This document shows, piece after piece, positions 56,623 to 64,000 of a stretch of DNA of 64,000 nucleotides. Under the pieces are notes generated by a model. The model saw only the letters and a list, made by a program, of their open reading frames with translations, had not been told where the DNA came from and ran no database searches. The stretch comes from an uncultured Fibrobacteria bacterium. Lineage in GTDB: Bacteria; Fibrobacterota; Fibrobacteria; UBA11236. The stretch covers positions 2,848,001 through 2,912,000 of the forward strand of contig OY970309.1 in NCBI GenBank assembly GCA_963716395.1, in the 5' to 3' direction. The translations under genes and the position numbers were made by a program. Numbering within the stretch: position 1 is the first letter of the stretch; every line of letters begins with the position of its first letter.

Positions 56623-59284
56623 TTACCGCACAAAGCCGAACAAAAGCAGGGTGGCGCTGCCGGGAAGCGACGTTGCGGTATTGGAAAGGGGCGTGATAGT
56701 GCTCCGCAGGATATAAGCGCCGGTTCCCACTTGGGTGCCGTTTGCGCTGCGGCCCGTCCAAATGATGCGGGCCACGTGTTTGGAGCCGTCGGGATTCAAA
56801 CTCAAAAGCGGGATGTCCGCGGCGTCGATCTGGCCGGAACCGCTGATGATGAAATCCCCGTATTTGGAATAGATCTGGAAATGGTATTGCGAAGGTCCGG
56901 GGATTTCCAGATTGATGATGGGCCCCGCGAACGGCTGCGTCCCTCCACCCACCCCGCAGGTGCCGCATTTTCCATCGGTGCTTCCAGGCAGGGGAACGCC
57001 CCTCTGGTCGATGGGAACGAAGGCGACATTGGGGGGGGTGGAAGGTACGGGAATCTGGGCATCATGCGAGGGCTTGTTCTGGCCGTTGGGAAATTGCACG
57101 TACACCAGGCTCGGCGCAATGAAGGTGTAATGGATGGTAAGGGTATCGCTGGGATAATAGCCAGCCTTGGTGGCGTACGCGTGCAAAGTTTCGCTTTGCG
57201 ACACGAATACATTAGTGCCTGTGGACGTTGCGCTGCTGTCGAAGGAGTAATGGATGGTGGCTCCCGGGGTGGTATCCGACAGCACCACGGCCAGCGGGGC
57301 GGAGTCGAAGGTGTATCCCGTCTTGCCGGGTCCGGGAGGCGTGGCCACGGGTGTGGCCACCTTGGGCGCCTGGCTTTCGGTGTACACGAAAGAAGCCACC
57401 GGGCTGGGCAACTGGAAAGGTTTGGTGTCGATGGCCTTGATGGTGGTGGAGGCGTTGATGGGGATGGGTTGGCCCGCGATGTAGATGGCGCTGTTGCTGT
57501 CGGGCGTGCTGCCGTCGAGGGTGTAGTGGATGACGGCGCCGGTTTCACCGGGGGTGAGGGTCACCGAGAAGGCCGAGTCGAGCGTGGTGAAATTATGCCC
57601 CGGGGGAGTGGCGGTGGGCGGTAGGGTCACCGGCATCTGGTTGCCGAACAAGGTATAGGTGACCGACTCGCGCGGATCGCGCGGGTAGCTCCAATTCAAG
57701 ACGATCTCTCCGCCGGCATCGGTTTCCAGGGTGCCGTTTTTTTTGACCGGAGCCGGGTCGATGCCGTTGAAAGGATAAGGCCCCTGATATACGGCCATGC
57801 CGCCGGCCGGAGTGCCCACCGGCAGCGAGACGAATTCGGAATCGCCCCAGCCGGCCGGTTGTTTGGCGTCGATACTGGTGGCGGTGACCACCACCGGGCC
57901 CACGTCGTTGGGGGTGCGCGTCAGGCGAATGGTATAGGAAGTGGCGTTGAGTGTGTAGAGGGAATCCGGCAGTCCCTGGGCATTGAGCATAGCCAAGGTG
58001 GGCGGGGCATAGCAGACCAGGCTGGAGGTGCTTTGGCCGGACGCCGGCCCGTCGGCCTGCACGTTGAACGAATAGGTGTTCTGGGTGCCGTCGCTCTGGG
58101 TCACGCTGACGGTGATATTGTTGGTCCCCTGCGCCAAAGCGATAATGCTGTCCAAGGTGACGTCGAGGTTTTGGTTGGCGTCGAGGCTGTCGTGCACCGC
58201 GACACTGGTTTGACCCACGGTGTTATTGGTGATTTGCACGGTGCGCGGCAAGGAGGTCGCCGTGATTTTCTGGATGATGGTGTCCATCACTGCCTGAATC
58301 CCGCCGTTTTTGGTGGGATCGACGTGAAAGAACTGCCCGCCGGTTAAGCATCCGATAAAGTTTTCAAACTCGCGGTATCTGAAGTCGTGATCCGACCCAG
58401 GAAAATGCTGTAAATGGGGGGCCATGGTGGCATCCACGAGTCCTTGGCCGCCGAACCGTCGTCATTGGGCGGCCATCAGAAATAAAGACGATGGCCTGTT
58501 TGGAGTTTTTAATGATGGCCGTAATCGGTCAACCAAGTTGCTCGCCAACCGCAGCAGGGGGATGTAATTGGTGGCCGCGAATACTATCCAAGAGCATCAT
58601 GCTTTTGACTTGCGTCACATTCGCGGGGACATTCAATTGCAGGGCGGTTGCGCGTTCATGGTATCGCTGCCGAAACCCACCACACCTGCCGTTGAAGTCG
58701 GAGCGTTGGCGGCCAAGTAGTCGATGGCGTTTTTGACCACCACCCCGCGTGGAGTTATACGGGATCTCCGGCAAATGCAATAGGTTGGTGAGACTGGAAA
58801 TGGTCAAAAGGCCGATGGTTTTGACGAGAGCCGGTAGGGAATCTCCGTTTGATAATCTTCGACGTTATAGGTGATGGTGCCGATATCCGTCGCGGTGACG
58901 GCAAGATTGCTGATCGAAGAAAGACGTATCGGTCCCGGTGACATAAGCGCGATTGCTCCACATGCTGCCGCTGTTGTCGACGATGAAGACCACGTCGGCG
59001 CCGCCGCCGCTGGTAACGGTAAACGCGTTTTTGCAAAACTTGAGTCCGCTGTTGCTGATGCGCGTCACGTTGCTGCCGGTGACGATGGGCGCACCGCCGC
59101 TGGTCAGGGCCACCAAATCCAAACAGGCGGTGTCGGCGCCGGTTCCGGGTGTGGTGTTGGCCAGAAGATCGCACCGCTTGGTGGCGGTTTGCCCCATGGC
59201 GCAAACCAGCAAAGCCGCCAGGGCCATGAAAAAGGCATGTGATCCGTGAAATCTCGAAAAGCTGAAAGCGACTTTGTTTTTCAT
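56623..59284 (-). pseudogene. Large secreted vWA + chitobiase/Fn3-associated repeat protein with an FlgD-Ig/T9SS-like tail, broken by a dense indel cluster
   Basis: Signal peptide and DVVFIVDNSGSM (MIDAS). Fragments AIVFISDG and PIYSIFLG in shifting frames. IHYTLDGSTP repeats. IWTGR..NG..VGTGAY tail. Confidence 0.8.
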
Positions 59285-59587
59285 CCGCCAACCTCAATTG
59301 TCCTTGAACCAAAACCAGTTGATTTTTTGAATTCCGATTTGAACCGGCAAATCGACTTTTACCACATTCAGTCATTCAATATAAGCCCCACCCCGGATTG
59401 TTGCGGGCGAATTTTGAGTCGATCCGCACCGAATTTGAGAATCGTGCCAATTGCAGGAATTTCAAAGCGAGAATTTTACCTGGTGCGCAAAATTACGTAT
59501 TACCCAATATCGCTTTTAGTCAGTTCTCGTAATCGGCCCAACTCAGCAGATTTGGCTTGAGCCGGGTGCAGATCAATATGGCGTGCG

Positions 59588-60184
59588 TTAAACGCCCACT
59601 GGAGCGAAAACCACCACGCTGAGGCCCAGAGCCTTTTGATCCGCTTCATTGGCATAGGAATGCGGTTGATTGCCGGCAAAGGCCAAGACGTCGCCTTGCG
59701 CGATGACATGCGGTTTTCCACCCACCAGGATTTTGACGGATCCGCTGATGCAGGTAAAATATTCGCGTGTGCCGGGTAAATGGGGAACGCCGACGGCGCG
59801 GCCATGCGGCTCGAATTCCATGCGCGTTATCTGCATGCCGGGGATGGGATCGGGCAGCAGTTCGTAAACCGAAATGCCGCCTTTTTTTCGGATTCCGACA
59901 ATGCTGTCGGCGGGCACATGCCGGAATTTGGTTTCAGGTGCGAGCAGCAGCTCTTCGAGCGGAACCTGCAAGGCGGCCACGATTTTCAGCAAAATGTGTA
60001 GCGAAGGGTTGGATTGTCCCGATTCGATATTGGTCACCGTCGATCGGGGAATTCCCGCCATCTTGGCCAGTTGCAATTGCGTCCAATGGCGGGCGCTCCG
60101 CAAGTTGACGACGTTACGGGCCAGATTGCGCGGCACCTGGATTGTACCGGCCGAAAGCCCCGAAGTGTCCAAGGGATTAGCCAT
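59588..60184 (-). CDS. XRE-family HTH + cupin transcriptional regulator
   Basis: LR....WTQ.QLA...GI.RST...IESG..NPSL; H..GT.EY.....G......GD...F.....HSY.N. Confidence 0.93.
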   Translation of the reverse strand: MANPLDTSGLSAGTIQVPRNLARNVVNLRSARHWTQLQLAKMAGIPRSTVTNIESGQSNPSLHILLKIVAALQVPLEELLLAPETKFRHVPADSIVGIRKKGGISVYELLPDPIPGMQITRMEFEPHGRAVGVPHLPGTREYFTCISGSVKILVGGKPHVIAQGDVLAFAGNQPHSYANEADQKALGLSVVVFAPVGV

Positions 60185-60230
60185 TGGCCCACACCTTGGC
60201 ATTTGCGCTTGGTAGCATTCTGTTCCTTTT

Positions 60231-60261
60231 ATACTAGGCCAAGAATACTAGGTCAAGAATA
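60231..60261. promoter_or_regulatory. Tandem 14-bp direct repeat, candidate operator
   Basis: ATACTAGGCCAAGA ATACTAGGTCAAGA ATA between the divergent XRE and SDR genes, adjacent to the RBS. Confidence 0.55.
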
Positions 60262-60275
60262 TAAAGGAGAAGGCC

Positions 60276-60986
60276 ATGTCTGAATTTGATTCGACTTGGA
60301 AAAACAAGAAAATTTTGATCACCGGTGGCAGCATGGGCTTGGGGAAAGCTCTGGCGGTGCGGCTTTTGCAACGTCACGCGCAGGTTGCGGTGGTGGCGCG
60401 CGGCCGCGATCGCCTCGAAGCGCTGAAACGGGAATTTCCGCGCTTGGCCATTATTCCCGGAGACCTCTCCCAAAAAACCGACATTCATCCCATCGCCCTC
60501 GAAGCCGTGCAGGCGTTGCAGGGCCTTGACCTGCTGATCAACAACGCCAGCGCCCTCGGCCCCGAGGGATTGAAATTGCTGGCCGACACGGAATGCGAAG
60601 ATTTCGAAACCGCCTTGCAAACCAATGTGCTCGGCCCTTTTCGACTCACCCAGGCTTTGATGGGGCCTTTGTTCGAAAGCCGCGGTACGGTCTTGAACAT
60701 CATCAGCGACGCGGCGTTGCATGCCTATCCGCGTTGGGGCGCGTACGGGTCGTCGAAGGCCGCCCTGCTGCATATGACGCGGATTTGGAACGAAGAGTCG
60801 AAGCCCTTGGGAATCAGAATGCTCTGCCTCGACCCCGGCGACATGGATACGGAATTGCATCGACGGGCCGTGCCCGACGCCGCCGTCGCAGAACTCAAAG
60901 ACCCGGCGCTGTCGGCGCGCGAAATCATTGCATTCCTGGAACGGGAGGTGGGCCATGTCGCTGCGTCCGGCCACGCAAGCGCGTAA
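60276..60986 (+). CDS. Short-chain dehydrogenase/reductase
   Basis: TGGSMGLG, NNAS, NIISDA, YGSSK, DPGDMDT. Confidence 0.93.
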   Translation: MSEFDSTWKNKKILITGGSMGLGKALAVRLLQRHAQVAVVARGRDRLEALKREFPRLAIIPGDLSQKTDIHPIALEAVQALQGLDLLINNASALGPEGLKLLADTECEDFETALQTNVLGPFRLTQALMGPLFESRGTVLNIISDAALHAYPRWGAYGSSKAALLHMTRIWNEESKPLGIRMLCLDPGDMDTELHRRAVPDAAVAELKDPALSAREIIAFLEREVGHVAASGHASA

Positions 60987-62061
60987 AAACGATCCCGGCA
61001 AAAAACTGCTGGTCACGCGCGGCGGATCGACCGAGGTGCTCGCGACCGCGGCGCTGACGGATTTGCTCCACGCCTCGGATGTGTTGGTGTATAACAACAG
61101 CGCCGTGCTGCCCGCCAGCTTGGCCGGGACGCATGTGGAATCGGGAACCGAAATTGAATTGCGCCTGGCTGCGCTTTTGGAGGTGGAAGGGGAATGGAAC
61201 CGTTGGCGGGCGGTGATTTGGAAAAAAGCCTCTTGGAAAGTGCGCACCGAAGCGCGTCAAACCGCAAACTTCGTCCGCCCGGGCGACGGTTTGGTCTTCG
61301 GAGCTTTGGCGGCCCGGGTCCTCGCGGTGCATCGCTCCGGACTCTTCGAGGTGGAGTTTCACGCTCCTGATGCGCCGGTGCTGCGCGGCATTCTCACCGC
61401 CGGACTTCCGGTGCAATATTCCCATCTCGCCGCCGACCTGAAACTCTGGGATATCCAAACGGTGTTTTGCGGTCCCGCGCTTTCGGTTGAGCCGCCTTCG
61501 GCCGCTTTCATCCTGAACTGGGAGCGCATCACCGCGCTGCGTCAAAAGGGCGTGCAACTCATCGCCATCGCACATGGGGCCGGGTTGTCCAGCCTCGGGA
61601 GCCCGCAGCAGGACCAGGCGTTGCCTCTGGCGGAATGGTCTTTTATTTCCGCAGCCGCTGCGGCCGCACTGAACCGTGCCAAGGCCCGAGGCCGGCGGAT
61701 TATCGCGCTCGGCACCACGGTAGCGCGCTGTCTGGAAAGCGCGCATCGCCGCCGGGCCGGGGTGGTGGCGCCGGGCTGGTTCCGAACCGAGGTGAAATTG
61801 GGAGCGCAGGCTCCGGCCGCCTTCGCTGATGGATTGGTGACCGGCCTGCACGAAGAGGGCGAATCCCATTTTGAACTGGAACAGGCGTTTCTTCCTCGAT
61901 CGCTGGCCTTGCAGGCCCAAGAAGTTGCATCTCGTTACAATTTACACAAACATGAATTTGGAGATTTTCATTTCTTGCTCAAGCCGTGGTCGCCCGATTC
62001 CGCCTCGACGGATGGGGCTTCGGATGCGGCGCCGGAATGCCGGGCGACCTGCGGGGTTTGA
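60955..62061 (+). CDS. QueA-like paralog (SAM:tRNA ribosyltransferase-isomerase fold)
   Basis: DVLVYNNS.VLPA, QTVF, SVEPPSA, HGAGLSS, ALGTTVAR.LE, TGLHE...SH, HEFGD. Overlaps the SDR gene. RBS GGAGG. Confidence 0.88.
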   Translation: MSLRPATQARKNDPGKKLLVTRGGSTEVLATAALTDLLHASDVLVYNNSAVLPASLAGTHVESGTEIELRLAALLEVEGEWNRWRAVIWKKASWKVRTEARQTANFVRPGDGLVFGALAARVLAVHRSGLFEVEFHAPDAPVLRGILTAGLPVQYSHLAADLKLWDIQTVFCGPALSVEPPSAAFILNWERITALRQKGVQLIAIAHGAGLSSLGSPQQDQALPLAEWSFISAAAAAALNRAKARGRRIIALGTTVARCLESAHRRRAGVVAPGWFRTEVKLGAQAPAAFADGLVTGLHEEGESHFELEQAFLPRSLALQAQEVASRYNLHKHEFGDFHFLLKPWSPDSASTDGASDAAPECRATCGV

Positions 62062-62114
62062 CGCGGCCGGCCGCGGCGAAGATACGGATCGGAAGGCCAT
62101 CCGGCTCGGGCCCC

Positions 62115-63917
62115 TCAGGGCAAAGTGGCTTTGAAAAAATGCGGGCCCACCTGAAACAGGCAAACGCCCGCCGCGGTGTTGGCCGGAAGCGCATAACGAC
62201 CCGGACCCAGCATTTTTAAGGCTTGCACGCGGCCATGCAAATCGAGCATGCGGGCCGTGCCGGTCCAGGCCGTGGGCACGAACAAATCCCGTCCCCGGAA
62301 AACCGGGCCGCCCCAGGCCGGCCCCGGCGGCGCCAGGGCCGCATAGACATGCTGCGAATCGACCACGGTCAGCGTGCGGTAATGCTTGGCCCATTCTCCC
62401 AAGAGACGTAACGCGGCCGTGTCGGGACGAAAAGTGAGAAAAGGCGGCATTTGATCGGGATCGCGGTCGTAGCCGTCGGAATCGGACACGACCAGCGAAT
62501 CCAGGGAAAGCCCGCGCCGGGCCAAGGTGTCAAGCCAAGCGGACGAACCCCAGGGTTGCGCAAAAATCCATTGCGAGCGGCCGGCGGCCTCGCCCGGCGC
62601 CAGCGGCGTGACGCCGTCTGCGGGGCTGACGCCCTGGCGATAACAGCGATCCACCCAGCCCGAGTCCCCGGCCGGGGTTGCCCGCGACCAGAGACGAAAC
62701 AGGAATTCCGACGCCGCGGGATAGCCGGGATCAAGCAGCACCGAAGGCAAGGTATTCGGGCTCTGCGCGGGCAGCGCCATGTCCCAGATGGCTCCCGAAG
62801 CCGTATCCATGCCGCCCTGGGTCACCGCCAGCAGGAATTTGGATCGGCCCGTCGGCGTGGTCGAAGAATCGTAGGGCGCGACATCGTTCAATCCCACGTC
62901 GGTGACGACATGCATGCCGAATTCCATTTGCGGCACCAGGTTGTAGTAGTCGAAATTCAAATCCACCGGGCACAAGCCTTCGCGTTGGCCGCGCTGTCCG
63001 TGGCAATGGGAACAATTGGCCGCGAGGTAAGAACGGGCCATGGTGTCGAGCGCCGCGAAGCGCTGTGTCGGCGACAAGCCGGGATTGGGTTCGACCAAAG
63101 CGTGAAAGCGGCGCAGCAATTGGGCCGAATCCGGCGGCGTGCCGGTGAATACGCCGCGACGGAACAGGTCGAGCACTTGATCCATGCCCGAAGTCAAAGG
63201 CGAAGCCCGTTTCAATTGGGCCGGATAAAATCCTAGCACGGATCGGCCTTGCACCAATTGCCCGGTGGCCGGATCGACCACCGGGCCTTGGGCGTGGCAG
63301 TACCAGCACTCTTGCTGCGAAGGGAAATGCCATTTCTTATAGGTTTGCCGGCCCGAGGCGTCGGTGTAGGGAAAGATGGTGTCGAGCCCGTGGTACGAAG
63401 GCGAGGCCAGGATGGCATCGCTTTGATCGGCGTTCCATTGGTAGGAGAACCCATACCAATCCTTATGGTTGTCGCTGGCATCGATTTTTTTCACCCACAG
63501 CCGGGTTTCCCAATACACGGCGGTGCCGGTGTCGCCTTCCACTTTTTCCTGCAGGAAGGTTTTCACGAAGACCGTGCTGTCGGGGTAATCGAAAAAATCC
63601 GTGGTGTCGTCGTAGGGAATGTGCTGGCCCGGTGGCAGAATGATCCAGCGCCGCTTCAAGGCGCCGTCGGACCAAAGCGGCGCATTGACCTCGTAGTACT
63701 TGGCGGCCGTATCCATGACCTTGGCTCCGATGTCGTCGAACACTCCCGATTCCGACAGGTATTCCGGAATGGCGTATAAATCGGTCGGGTCGAAATAGTG
63801 AAAATGCGCCGAGGCCGGCGCCGCAATTCCCACCAGCCAGAATCCGAGCCAAAGCGAAAAGAGGCGGCCCGGTTTTTTCGCGCCGTGAGCCCTGCCGGGA
63901 TGGATGGAAAGACGCAT
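62115..63917 (-). CDS. Secreted diheme c-type cytochrome (SO2930/HNE_0200-like) with a T9SS-like C-terminal domain
   Basis: LSESG.F, Y.VNAPLWSDGA.K.R.I.LP, KTF, ETR, CWYCH, ARSYL..NCSHCH, QMPP, MLDLHGR...AAGV tail. Confidence 0.8.
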   Translation of the reverse strand: MRLSIHPGRAHGAKKPGRLFSLWLGFWLVGIAAPASAHFHYFDPTDLYAIPEYLSESGVFDDIGAKVMDTAAKYYEVNAPLWSDGALKRRWIILPPGQHIPYDDTTDFFDYPDSTVFVKTFLQEKVEGDTGTAVYWETRLWVKKIDASDNHKDWYGFSYQWNADQSDAILASPSYHGLDTIFPYTDASGRQTYKKWHFPSQQECWYCHAQGPVVDPATGQLVQGRSVLGFYPAQLKRASPLTSGMDQVLDLFRRGVFTGTPPDSAQLLRRFHALVEPNPGLSPTQRFAALDTMARSYLAANCSHCHGQRGQREGLCPVDLNFDYYNLVPQMEFGMHVVTDVGLNDVAPYDSSTTPTGRSKFLLAVTQGGMDTASGAIWDMALPAQSPNTLPSVLLDPGYPAASEFLFRLWSRATPAGDSGWVDRCYRQGVSPADGVTPLAPGEAAGRSQWIFAQPWGSSAWLDTLARRGLSLDSLVVSDSDGYDRDPDQMPPFLTFRPDTAALRLLGEWAKHYRTLTVVDSQHVYAALAPPGPAWGGPVFRGRDLFVPTAWTGTARMLDLHGRVQALKMLGPGRYALPANTAAGVCLFQVGPHFFKATLP

Positions 63918-64000
63918 GGTTGCAAACTTAGCGCCGGCTAGCGCAGCCGGCTTAAGGAATGCTGGGACGACGCCTTCTTTACGATGCCAACTGTTTCTTG

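Noticed and set aside
58330-58920. Diversity-generating retroelement variable region
   Set aside because: The changes are indels rather than A-specific substitutions, and no template repeat or reverse transcriptase is in the window.
59434-59450. TGGCACG sigma-54 -24 element upstream of the vWA gene
   Set aside because: The -12 position reads TCAA rather than TTGC, so the GG-N10-GC rule fails.
60955-62061. Calling this gene canonical queA
   Set aside because: The signature motifs are replaced and the context is SDR/XRE rather than tgt.

Overview
GC-rich, gene-dense chromosomal window from a diderm bacterium. Flagellar L/P-ring genes, the futalosine menaquinone pathway, a PorV-like barrel and secreted enzymes with T9SS-like C-terminal domains (CTDs) fit a free-living Fibrobacterota lineage (inference). 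It holds about 50 CDS and two tRNAs (Ser-CGA and probable Ile2-CAT). Recognisable blocks are glgX, nrdR, ugd, flgFGAHI, a xylan-debranching pair (GH67 plus CE1-like esterase), GGDEF-pfkB-mqnB-mqnD, manC, a DUF2126-transglutaminase / cp-ATP-grasp-alphaE / transglutaminase operon, and an XRE / SDR / QueA-paralog cassette. Non-coding features include two related MITEs and a solo end, scattered TCCGCC-N3-GGCGGA palindromes, and two well-placed sigma-54 promoter candidates. Three genes carry frameshifts that look like sequencing indels. No CRISPR array, rRNA, integrase, transposase or prophage was seen. The best candidates for undescribed biology are the regulated SDR + QueA-paralog cassette, a CTD-tagged PQQ-type dehydrogenase with a CTD-tagged diheme cytochrome c, the putatively sigma-54-driven peptide-ligase operon, and an HTTM-like/DCC1 pair. 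All calls come from reading motifs by eye; no searches were run.
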